From Thermoflexus hugenholtzii JAD2 (lineage in GTDB: Bacteria > Chloroflexota > UBA11872 > UBA12225), in contig CAMDTO010000005.1 of assembly GCA_945907765.1 (NCBI GenBank), positions 1 to 54,339 on the forward strand: a stretch of 54,339 nucleotides of DNA. The letters are read 5' to 3'. Of the stretch, positions 9,850 to 18,054 are shown one piece after another. Within the stretch, counting starts at the first letter, position 1. The number at the start of each line of letters is the position of its first letter. The translations under genes and the position numbers were made by a program. The notes beneath the pieces were generated by a model. That model ran no database searches, was not told where the DNA came from, and worked only from the letters and a program-made list of their open reading frames with translations.

Positions 9850-10491
9850 TCAGTCCAGATTTGTAACCGGTGGGGTCGGGATCGTGGCACCCACGCTACG
9901 AAGGAGCAATCCGCGCAGGCTTGGCAATGTGTCCTCAAGCGGTTGCGGCTTCGGGGCATAGAGCCACCTGAGCACGACTTCGTTCAGCGCTCCCATCCAT
10001 GCGGTCGCTGCGAGTTCCGTGTCCTGTTGCGGGATTGCACCATGTCGCACGGCATCGTCAAGGTGATGGGCTATGACCGTGATGAACCGGGCATGGATGC
10101 CGACGAGGCGCTCCTCAAGCCCGACCGCTTCGACGAGCAAGAGGCGCGCGAGCCGGCGCCGCTGCCCGAACGCATCGACCACGATTGACAACGCCAGGTC
10201 AAGGCGAGCGATGGGGTCTGGCGCCATGGCGAGGCGGGTCTCGATCCGCCCGATCAGTCGGTCGACCAGGTGGGCGAGAAGGGCGCTGAAAATACCTTGC
10301 TTGTGCGGGAAGTGGAAGTAGAAGGCGCCTTTGGATGAGTTGGACAGCCGGACAATCTCGTCAACGGCAGTCCCGTGATAGCCCTTGTCGGCGAATACAT
10401 CGGCCGCAACGTCGAGGAGACGCTCGCGGGTTTCGGTTGGTTCATGCGGTCCGGGAGGTCGTCCGGCACGCCTGCGAATGAACTCCACCAT
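9850..10491 (-). CDS. TetR/AcrR family transcriptional regulator
   Basis: TRERLLDVAADVFADKGYHGTAVDEIVRLSNSSKGAFYFHFPHKQGIF helix-turn-helix; start trimmed to MVEF at 10491. Confidence 0.93.
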   Translation of the reverse strand: MVEFIRRRAGRPPGPHEPTETRERLLDVAADVFADKGYHGTAVDEIVRLSNSSKGAFYFHFPHKQGIFSALLAHLVDRLIGRIETRLAMAPDPIARLDLALSIVVDAFGQRRRLARLLLVEAVGLEERLVGIHARFITVIAHHLDDAVRHGAIPQQDTELAATAWMGALNEVVLRWLYAPKPQPLEDTLPSLRGLLLRSVGATIPTPPVTNLD

Positions 10492-10529
10492 CAGTGCCGG
10501 AATGGTACTGGCCAATCGCCCCGGGCGGC

Positions 10530-10559
10530 TTGACAGCAGCTGGGATGGTCGTGTACCTT
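10530..10559 (+). promoter_or_regulatory. Candidate sigma70-type promoter (TTGACA-18 nt-TACCTT) for the rhodanese operon
   Basis: Perfect -35 hexamer at 10530-10535 and TAnnnT at 10554-10559 in the divergent intergenic region. Confidence 0.5.
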
Positions 10560-10571
10560 GGAAATGCACAA

Positions 10572-10587
10572 AGTTGATCAATGAACT
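10572..10587. promoter_or_regulatory. Candidate TetR operator, imperfect palindrome AGTTGATCAATGAACT
   Basis: 6 of 8 symmetric positions pair; lies just downstream of the candidate promoter, between the divergent tetR and rhodanese genes. Confidence 0.4.
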
Positions 10588-10612
10588 ATTCTTTATACGC
10601 GAGGAGCGAGTG

Positions 10613-11668
10613 ATGGTCACACGGGATATGAAGCCGGCTGTCCGTCGGTTTGGCCGTCGGCAGGCGATTGGGGTGGGGGCGGGTGGTGCATTCGCCGCGG
10701 TGCTGGTCGCGTGCGGGGCGTCGAGCGAGCCCGCTGCCCCGGCGAAACCAGCGTCGACGAGCGCTCCGGTGTCTGCGGCGAGCGCACCAGTCGCGACCAA
10801 GGCGCCAGCGACCGAGCCAACCAAAGCGGGGGCAGCGCCGGCAGTGCCGGCAGTTGCAGCCAAGGGATTTGCCAATCCGAACCTGATCGTCAGTGCCGAT
10901 TGGCTCAAGCAACACGCAGCTGATGCCGGCCTCAGGATCATCGATTCGCGTCCGGCAGCCGACTACGAGAAGGGGCATCTGCCCGGCGCGGTCAACCTTC
11001 CCGTTGTCGAGACGTTTGATCCCGCCCAAGCGAAGAACCTTCCAGATACCAAGGAGAAGCTTGAGGCGCTCTTTGGACAGAAGGGGATTGCAAACGCGTC
11101 GCGGGTCGTGATCTACGACAACGGCAAGGAGACCCCAGCCGCGCGACTGTTCTGGACCCTTGAGTACGCCGGTCACACGAACGTGGCGGTACTCGACGGC
11201 GGACTGAAGGCGTGGGCCGGTTCAACATCAACCGACGCGGTTTCCGCGCCAGCTGCGACGTTTGCCTCAAAGCTTGATCCGTCGAAGCTGCCGACCAAGG
11301 GCCAGTGTGCCTTGGCAATCGGCGATCCCACCAAGGTGGTACTTGACGCTCGTTCGCCTGCGGAGTTCCGCGGCGAAGATGTGCGGACCAAGTTCGGTGG
11401 GCATATCCCTGGGGCAATCAACATCGAGTGGACGGAAAACTTCGGTTCGGCGACGCAGCTTCGGGAGCCAGAGGTGTTGGCTGCGCTGTACGAAGCCAAG
11501 GGCGTCAAGAAAGACAAGGAGGTCTACGCGCTTTGCCAAACCGGTCAGCGTTCCTCGGTTTCCTACCTTGTCCTACGGTTGCTCGGCTACCCGAAGGTTG
11601 GCAACTACGCGGGATCATGGGTCGAGTGGGGAAATGACGAGGCCACCCCGAAGACCCAAGGCGCGTAG
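10613..11668 (+). CDS. Two-domain sulfurtransferase (rhodanese, SseA/TST-like) with Tat-type lipoprotein signal
   Basis: RRFGRRQAIG...VLVACG signal; IIDSR..DYEKGHLPGAV, VVIYDNG...AARLFWTLEYAGH..VAVLDGG, GGHIPGAIN, active loop CQTGQRS, YAGSWVEWG; GAGGAG upstream of ATG 10613. Confidence 0.92.
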   Translation: MVTRDMKPAVRRFGRRQAIGVGAGGAFAAVLVACGASSEPAAPAKPASTSAPVSAASAPVATKAPATEPTKAGAAPAVPAVAAKGFANPNLIVSADWLKQHAADAGLRIIDSRPAADYEKGHLPGAVNLPVVETFDPAQAKNLPDTKEKLEALFGQKGIANASRVVIYDNGKETPAARLFWTLEYAGHTNVAVLDGGLKAWAGSTSTDAVSAPAATFASKLDPSKLPTKGQCALAIGDPTKVVLDARSPAEFRGEDVRTKFGGHIPGAINIEWTENFGSATQLREPEVLAALYEAKGVKKDKEVYALCQTGQRSSVSYLVLRLLGYPKVGNYAGSWVEWGNDEATPKTQGA

Positions 11669-11689
11669 TGTCAGGCACACTTTTCGAAA

Positions 11690-12856
11690 ATGGGTACCCA
11701 AACCGGCGCCAACGCGGTACGTGAGGTGGGTGCGCAAACGCCCGAAGTCTCAATGAAGCCTCCGGTTCAGGTTTCCTCTGCCCACCGGGGCATTGCCTCG
11801 GTGGGCACGTTCATGGTTGGGTCCGTCGCGCTCGCGTACCTCGTCACAAGCCTCGTGGTTGTGCTGAATGCCACCGGGAACGCGACCGGGGTCGTTTGGC
11901 TCCCGTCGTTTCCGGACACCTACTACCTCATTTCGGGGCTCATGTACCGCCCGTTTGCGGCGTACTTTTCGATGCTGGCGCCGATCCAAGGCAACCCTTC
12001 GATCGATTACCTGACCTACGCGTGGATATCGCGCGCGCCGTTCATTGGATTTCCGCTCGCGTGCCTGATGATCATGCTTTCGTTTGCCACCCGCGGGTCT
12101 CGCGGGTCCAGGCGCAGTCTTGGAGATCTCGTAGCCCTTGGCGTGGCAAGTGGTTTGTTCATCACGGTTTCGGTCAGTACGTGGGCGGTACTTCGGGCGG
12201 GTGTCGCTGGAGTTGACAGCCTTGAGCAGGTCGCGACCTTCGTGCGGGGGTATGGCGCTTGGGCGCCAGTGATCTCATTCCTATTGATGAGCGTCCAGGC
12301 AATTCCGATGCCAATCCCGACGGTCGCGATCACCCTTGCCAATGGCCTCGTCTATGGCCTTTGGTGGGGCGCCCTGCTGTCGTGGTCCGGTGCGATGTGT
12401 GCGTCGGTGATTGGGTTCACGCTTGCACAACGCCTCGGACGTCCGTTTGTGAAGCGCCTTGCCGGAGAGAGTGCCCTGGCACTCGTTGATCGCTGGAGTG
12501 CGGGAAACGCCACGCAGGCGGTGTTGGTTGCGCGGCTGATCCCGCCAGTGAGTTTCCGGGCGGTCAGTTTTGCCGCCGGGCTGACGCCGATGCCGCTGTC
12601 GCGGTTCATCCTTGCGACCGGTGTCGGTCAAGCGCCCGCAACGATTGCCTACTCGGCGATTGGCAGTCAATTGGTCGCCGATGTGAGCGTTGCACTCTGG
12701 GTGTGTGGGGCCGTTGGGATCATCGTGATCACCGTGGCGACGGTCAGGAGGGTCCGCGCATCAACCCGGCGGCCGGAACAACCGGCGGGTAGCGAGCCAA
12801 CTCCCATCGGTCGGGTTGGCGGATCGGACGTTGGCCAGATTGGGACCAGCACGTGA
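11690..12856 (+). CDS. TVP38/TMEM64 (DedA/VTT-domain, YdjZ-like) membrane protein with extra N-terminal membrane region
   Basis: GAWAPVISFLLMSVQAIPMPIP..AITLANGLVYGLWWGALLSW, VLVARLIP, SFAAGLT....FILATGVGQAPATIAYS. Confidence 0.88.
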   Translation: MGTQTGANAVREVGAQTPEVSMKPPVQVSSAHRGIASVGTFMVGSVALAYLVTSLVVVLNATGNATGVVWLPSFPDTYYLISGLMYRPFAAYFSMLAPIQGNPSIDYLTYAWISRAPFIGFPLACLMIMLSFATRGSRGSRRSLGDLVALGVASGLFITVSVSTWAVLRAGVAGVDSLEQVATFVRGYGAWAPVISFLLMSVQAIPMPIPTVAITLANGLVYGLWWGALLSWSGAMCASVIGFTLAQRLGRPFVKRLAGESALALVDRWSAGNATQAVLVARLIPPVSFRAVSFAAGLTPMPLSRFILATGVGQAPATIAYSAIGSQLVADVSVALWVCGAVGIIVITVATVRRVRASTRRPEQPAGSEPTPIGRVGGSDVGQIGTST

Positions 12857-14058
12857 CCCCTGGCCGGAAGTTGGCGGGTGCAGTACTGCGCCCCCTTGTC
12901 AGCGTCGCGCTCCTAGGCACCCTTCTCTGGCGACTGGGTGGAGGCGACGTATGGCAAACCCTCGCCGGGGCTGATCCGATGGCCTTGGGACTTGCCCTGG
13001 TGCTGACCATCGCGGCAGTCATCGTCAGCGCGTGGAAGTGGCAACTCCTGCTGCGATCCGTCGATCAGGATGTCAGCCTGGCTCGCCTCGCAGACGCGTA
13101 CCTGGTTGGCCTTTTCTTCAACAATTTTCTCCCGTCAAACATTGGTGGCGACGTTGCCCGGGCGCACGCAATCGGCCGTCAGACTGGTCGCCTCGGGGTC
13201 GTGGTCGCCTCAATCGCGGGAGAGCGGTTGCTTGCCGGTCTCGCGCTTGGCGCGACGGCGTCGGTCGCGCTGGTCGCCAGACAGGACCTCGTCGGTGTCG
13301 TGGGCTCGGGCGTCGGCGCGGTCATGTTCGGGTTCATCGTCCTGACCGCCATGTTTGCGGTTCCACGAATCCGCAGGTCCCTTGTCGCCTGGCTAGGACA
13401 GTCGGGCCGGCGCGGTTCAATCGCGCGCAGTGTTGAATCGCTGGGTCGAAGCTTGTCAGACCCTTGGACGGTCATTGCGGTCTTCGCGTTGTCCGTGCTT
13501 TTTCAAGCCCTCGTGGTTGCGGTTGCGTGGGCAGGGTTCCTGGCGGTCGGCGCACCGGTTTCAATCGGGGTCTGTTTTGTCCTCATCCCAGTCATCTCAG
13601 CGATCCAGTTGGTGCCGGTATCACTCGGGGGTTTTGGCGTCCGGGAAGGCGCGTACGTCTTCCTGTTCGGCCAGTGCTGCTCGATCGCGCCAACTGACTC
13701 CGTTGCGTCGTCGCTGGTCTTCGCCGGGGTCGTACTGGGAGTAAGTCTGGTCGGTGGTGTCAGGTTCGCGATGGCTCGGGCTACGGACCATGACGCGGTG
13801 GAGCCTGACTTGGCATCGCTTCCCGATCTGGAACGCCTTCGACCGGTTGTGAACCGGGTCGCCAGGGAGACATGGTTCAACCCGGATTGGCTCTGGAACT
13901 TCTGCCGGTCTATGCACTCGGCTGGTCTGTCCACCGACCAGACCATCGCAGCCCTGACCAGACAGGGTGACGCGAACCGCCTGCCGCGATCGAAGCGCGC
14001 GTTGAGGCGGGTGCAGTTGTGGGCATCCGCCTTGCGAGGGTCGTCGGCGACAGGCTAG
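12853..14058 (+). CDS. Lysylphosphatidylglycerol-synthase TM/flippase-like protein (UPF0104/YbhN family) with a soluble C-terminal extension
   Basis: SAWKWQLLL, YLVGLFFNNFLPSNIGGDVAR, ERLLAGL, LVPVSLGGFGVREGAYVFLF; GTGA overlap with the upstream gene. Confidence 0.88.
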   Translation: MTPGRKLAGAVLRPLVSVALLGTLLWRLGGGDVWQTLAGADPMALGLALVLTIAAVIVSAWKWQLLLRSVDQDVSLARLADAYLVGLFFNNFLPSNIGGDVARAHAIGRQTGRLGVVVASIAGERLLAGLALGATASVALVARQDLVGVVGSGVGAVMFGFIVLTAMFAVPRIRRSLVAWLGQSGRRGSIARSVESLGRSLSDPWTVIAVFALSVLFQALVVAVAWAGFLAVGAPVSIGVCFVLIPVISAIQLVPVSLGGFGVREGAYVFLFGQCCSIAPTDSVASSLVFAGVVLGVSLVGGVRFAMARATDHDAVEPDLASLPDLERLRPVVNRVARETWFNPDWLWNFCRSMHSAGLSTDQTIAALTRQGDANRLPRSKRALRRVQLWASALRGSSATG

Positions 14059-14083
14059 TTTCCGAATGGAGGCGTGTCGTCTC

Positions 14084-15214
14084 TCAGCGTGCGTCGCGGA
14101 GGACACCTTGGTCGGTCATCGTGCGGAAGCCCTGCTCGGAGTAGTCCCGGAACCCCGGCTGCGCCTGGGCCCACGTGGCATACCCGGCAGCGGCCTCTTC
14201 CAACGTGTGCACGGGTTCCCATCCAAGGGCTTGGAGACCTGAGATGTCCGACAGGATGTGTCTCGTGTCGCCGACACGGAACCGCCCAGGCACTTCCGTT
14301 GACACTGGCACCCGGAGGCCTCTTGAGACGACTTGGGCGTAGTCGAGTACGGTGATTGCCTTCCCTCCGCCGACGTTCAGGGCGCGGAAGTTGGCTCGAG
14401 GGTCGTCGAGAGCAAGGAGGTTTGCACGCGCGACATCCCACACTGGAACGTAGTCACGCAGCTGCATGCCATCCTCGTACACAACCGGCGACCGACCATG
14501 GAGCACCCGCTGGACAAAGATCCTGAGTGCCCCGGAGTACGGGTTCGTGAAACTTTGCCGAGGACCCTGGGTGATGCTGTAGCGCATCGCGACCGTCGGA
14601 ATGTCATACCGCGCTCCAAGATTGAGGGCGATCAGTTCCTGGGAGAGCTTGGAGATGCCGTACTGGTTGTGTGGTCGTGGGGGGTCATCCTCGCGCGTGG
14701 CTTGGGGCACCATGGGTTCGCCACCGACCGGGCATCGTGGTTCCCAGTCGCTTGCTTCCAACTGTGCCGACGTGCGTTGTCCGGGAAACTGCACACCGTG
14801 CACGGGACAGAGGTACCGGCCTTCGCCAAAAACCGCCTGGGACGTCGCGACCACGACCTTCTGGAGATTTCTCCGGAGCGTTGGTTCGGCAACGAGAAGT
14901 TCGTAGAGCAGTGCCGTTCCAGCGGCGTTGACATGGAAGAACTTGCTGAAGTTTGGCAAGTAGTCTTGGTACGCGGCGAGGTGAATGACTGCGTCGACCC
15001 CGTCGAGGGCGTCCCGCAGCGTGGCCGGGTCCTCGACGTTCCCGTGAATTCGCTGAACGTCTTCGGAAAGATACGCCGGCCAGATCCCGGCCTGATGGAC
15101 TGGTTCGATAAGTGCGTCCAACACCCTGACGGTATCGCCCCGGGCGACAAGGAGGTCGACGGTGTGTGATCCGATGAACCCGGCCCCGCCGGTCACCAGG
15201 ACGAGACGACTCAT
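14084..15214 (-). CDS. NAD-dependent epimerase/dehydratase (extended SDR, nucleotide-sugar type)
   Basis: LVLVTGGAGFIGSH, VIHLAA, YGISK (YxxxK), RYSITQGPRQ, YEDGMQLRDYV, GDTRHILSDIS; AAGGA upstream of ATG 15214. Confidence 0.92.
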   Translation of the reverse strand: MSRLVLVTGGAGFIGSHTVDLLVARGDTVRVLDALIEPVHQAGIWPAYLSEDVQRIHGNVEDPATLRDALDGVDAVIHLAAYQDYLPNFSKFFHVNAAGTALLYELLVAEPTLRRNLQKVVVATSQAVFGEGRYLCPVHGVQFPGQRTSAQLEASDWEPRCPVGGEPMVPQATREDDPPRPHNQYGISKLSQELIALNLGARYDIPTVAMRYSITQGPRQSFTNPYSGALRIFVQRVLHGRSPVVYEDGMQLRDYVPVWDVARANLLALDDPRANFRALNVGGGKAITVLDYAQVVSRGLRVPVSTEVPGRFRVGDTRHILSDISGLQALGWEPVHTLEEAAAGYATWAQAQPGFRDYSEQGFRTMTDQGVLRDAR

Positions 15215-15224
15215 GATTGGTTCC

Positions 15225-15845
15225 TTAGGTTGGATTGGGCGCCCCACCAAGACCGGCCGGCGAGGCAGTGACATCAGTGAGACGCGACGCCCGACCGCGG
15301 ATGACCCGCACCAGGCCAAAGGTGCCTCGGAGGATCGTGCGGTCGGCTTCGGTGACGGTGCAGGCAACTTCGACGTGGCGTCGGCCGGCCAGCGTGACAA
15401 TCGCCATTGCGGTCAAGGTGCGGCGGTTCGAGGTAGGTGCCTCCATCGAGAACGAGGAGTAGCGAAGAGTGGTGACTTCTAGCCGATACCCCCCTGCTGC
15501 CTCGATGGCCGCGTCGATCGCGAGACCGAGGGGAACGGTGGTCATCGGATGAATGGCCCTTCCGAGCGGGGCGGGGGCGCCGCGGTACCTGGACATCAGA
15601 AGGCGCAGGAGCTCTGCGCTGGTCTCCAAGGTCACCGTATCGCCAATCGAGATATGGTCGTGCAACGCCCGCTGGGACGCGGTGATCCGTGCCGGATGGA
15701 CGGACGAAGGGTGAGGTGGCGGGCGGTGAGGGGAGATTTCGGCTGGAGCCGCTCCGTCGCTTGGCGGTCGTGATGGAGCGGCACCAGGCGTCGTGATGCC
15801 GGCAGCGGGCTGCGCATGGTGATCGCCATTCGTGGGCGCATTCAT
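15225..15845 (-). CDS. Hypothetical protein with a possible hotdog (MaoC/thioesterase-like) fold
   Basis: C-terminal beta-strand pattern APTSNRRTLTAMAIVT...VEVACTV....ILRGTFGLV resembles hotdog proteins; Pro-rich N-terminus; 10 nt from the epimerase start. Confidence 0.45.
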   Translation of the reverse strand: MNAPTNGDHHAQPAAGITTPGAAPSRPPSDGAAPAEISPHRPPPHPSSVHPARITASQRALHDHISIGDTVTLETSAELLRLLMSRYRGAPAPLGRAIHPMTTVPLGLAIDAAIEAAGGYRLEVTTLRYSSFSMEAPTSNRRTLTAMAIVTLAGRRHVEVACTVTEADRTILRGTFGLVRVIRGRASRLTDVTASPAGLGGAPNPT

Positions 15846-16110
15846 CTTTTTGAGTATCGGCGATCGGTGCGGAACCGCGCAGCACGCGACACTTCCGGGT
15901 TTCCCGCAAGAAGCTGCCTTCGGCATGATGTTCCCGGGCGTCGAACCGGTCACGCGTTCCCGGTCGGCTCAACGCAACGTAACGCGTAGCCGTCCGTTCC
16001 CACCATGAGTGAGTCCGTACTCCCCCGTATGTACCGTTCCGCCGTTGTTGAGTGACGCCCAGACCCGTGAAACACCTGTTCAGGCCGGCAATCGGAAACC
16101 ATCCAGATCC

Positions 16111-17952
16111 ATGACCGCCTTTACGAATCGAGACGCCCACCCACATGCAGTCCCTCGAGAGGCACGGGTCGCGGGTGACCATGGATTGGCCGTACAAGCG
16201 TCAGACGCCTCGACCCATGGGCCAATCGGTCACGATGCTGGTGCGTTGCTCGCAACCACGTGGGCTCAGGTCCTGGCGGTTGTCGAAGGAGACAGGAAGG
16301 TCTCGCGCGCAACCTATGCATCGTGGCTTGTCAACTCGCTCCTCCTTTCCGTTACTCCCGGCAGTGACGGGATTGCCCCGCTGATTGTGGTCGGTGTCTC
16401 GCACCGGTTGGCGCAGAACAAGGTCCGGCAGGATTGCCTTGGTGCACTGGAGTCAGCCTGGACGACCGTGTTCGGTGAGACCGTGCGCGTTCAGGTTGAA
16501 GTCACGGGCGCGCTCAGAGCTCCTTCAGCTCGCGTTTCACTGACAATCACGACGGTTCCCGAGGGCAGCGGTGCCGTCGCAACCGAGGTTGAGCCATCGG
16601 ACCACGTCGATGGCCAGGATGCTGGTCAAGGCCATGATGCGGGTGCACCCACTCCGAGATTGATCACCCCGGATAGCCAGCTCGAGGAATCGTTGCGTGC
16701 AGTTCTGGATGGACCGCCGATCGATGCACGAGGCCTTGTGGGAACGATCCCGAACCCGCGTTGGCGGTTCGCCACATTTGCTTCCGGCCCAACCTGCGCA
16801 TTTGCCCTTGGCGCGGCGCGGACGGTCGCAGCGTCACCCGGGCGGGAGTACAACCCACTCACGATCGTTGGTCCGTCCGGCATCGGGAAGTCGCACTTGA
16901 TTGGCGCAATCGCTTCGGTCTGGCTCGATGAACGGGCCAGGGACGGTAGCCCCGCCGGGCGGCGGCTCGCAGGTGACGGGAGTTTCGTCCCACTCGAAAC
17001 GAAGCCACCGGGAATGCCAGGAACCTGCTTTGTCCTGACCGGGCACACGATTGTGAGTGACTTGGGGCTTGATGGGTACGCCTTGGGAGAAGCCTCAGCG
17101 CGTGCCCGTCGCTGGGGCAGACGCGCTTCGGCGGTGCTCATTGATGATCTGCACGTCGCGTTGTCGTCTGGTCCCATTCCCCGCGCTATCGCCACGCAAC
17201 TGATTTGCGGTGCACTCGATGCCGGGGGCCAGGTCGTGGTTTCCACACGCGACAGTCTTGGCGATCTGACCGAGACTGAACCGGAACTCGCATCGCGCCT
17301 TGGATCAGGACTTGTTGCCCCGCTGCCCCCGCCGGACCATGAGACGAGGCTTGCGATCCTGCGGGCGCGTGCCACGGGTGTCGTTCCCGCGCTCCCCGAT
17401 GAGGCGCTGGATCACCTTGCCCATCGGGTGGGTGGGAGCGTTCGCGACCTTGAGGGGGCGTTTTCGAGGTTGCGCGCGGCCGGGACGATTGGACGGCCAC
17501 CCACGGGCACCGATGCTGCCGTCCGACCCGTTGGTCCGGCAAGAGTGGCGACTGGCGAACACCCGGTTCCACGCAGCGAGCTGGCTACATTCCTTGGCCC
17601 TGCCGATGAAGCGACGACGCGGTTCGACCCTTCAGGGGCCCGCCGTGCCGTTTCACCGCTTGCGTCCCGGGTGCTCGCGTCAATCAGCGCCGTGTTCGGG
17701 GTTGACCGGACGATGTTGTCTGGGCCGGGTCGGAGCCGCGAGGTGACCCTGGCACGGCACGCAGCGATGTATGTCATGCGCGAACAGCTCGACATGAGCC
17801 TGTCGGAAGTTGGCCGCCATCTTGGTCGGCGCGATCACACCACCGTGATGCATGCAGTTGCCCGGATAGGTTTGCTCCGGCAGGATGACGCAACCCTGAA
17901 TCTTCTCATTGATGAGGTCTTGCGGTCTCTCGGTGCCATTGGCGAAGGTTGA
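16111..17952 (+). CDS. dnaA: Chromosomal replication initiator DnaA (atypical, long)
   Basis: NPRWRFATF, YNPLTIVGPSGIGKSHL (Walker A), LIDDL (Walker B), ASRLGSGL..PPDHETRLAIL, SVRDLEGA (sensor II), domain IV RHAAMYVMR...SLSEVGRHLGRRDHTTVMHA; directly upstream of dnaN; start could be GTG 16009. Confidence 0.9.
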   Translation: MTAFTNRDAHPHAVPREARVAGDHGLAVQASDASTHGPIGHDAGALLATTWAQVLAVVEGDRKVSRATYASWLVNSLLLSVTPGSDGIAPLIVVGVSHRLAQNKVRQDCLGALESAWTTVFGETVRVQVEVTGALRAPSARVSLTITTVPEGSGAVATEVEPSDHVDGQDAGQGHDAGAPTPRLITPDSQLEESLRAVLDGPPIDARGLVGTIPNPRWRFATFASGPTCAFALGAARTVAASPGREYNPLTIVGPSGIGKSHLIGAIASVWLDERARDGSPAGRRLAGDGSFVPLETKPPGMPGTCFVLTGHTIVSDLGLDGYALGEASARARRWGRRASAVLIDDLHVALSSGPIPRAIATQLICGALDAGGQVVVSTRDSLGDLTETEPELASRLGSGLVAPLPPPDHETRLAILRARATGVVPALPDEALDHLAHRVGGSVRDLEGAFSRLRAAGTIGRPPTGTDAAVRPVGPARVATGEHPVPRSELATFLGPADEATTRFDPSGARRAVSPLASRVLASISAVFGVDRTMLSGPGRSREVTLARHAAMYVMREQLDMSLSEVGRHLGRRDHTTVMHAVARIGLLRQDDATLNLLIDEVLRSLGAIGEG

Positions 17953-18054
17953 TCCACCGTCGTTGGGGCCGCGATGCCTTGGGCCTCTCCATTTCAAACT
18001 CATTGTCGTCACGCGGTACAGTACTGACGGGTTGCCGAAAGGAATAGTGATCCG

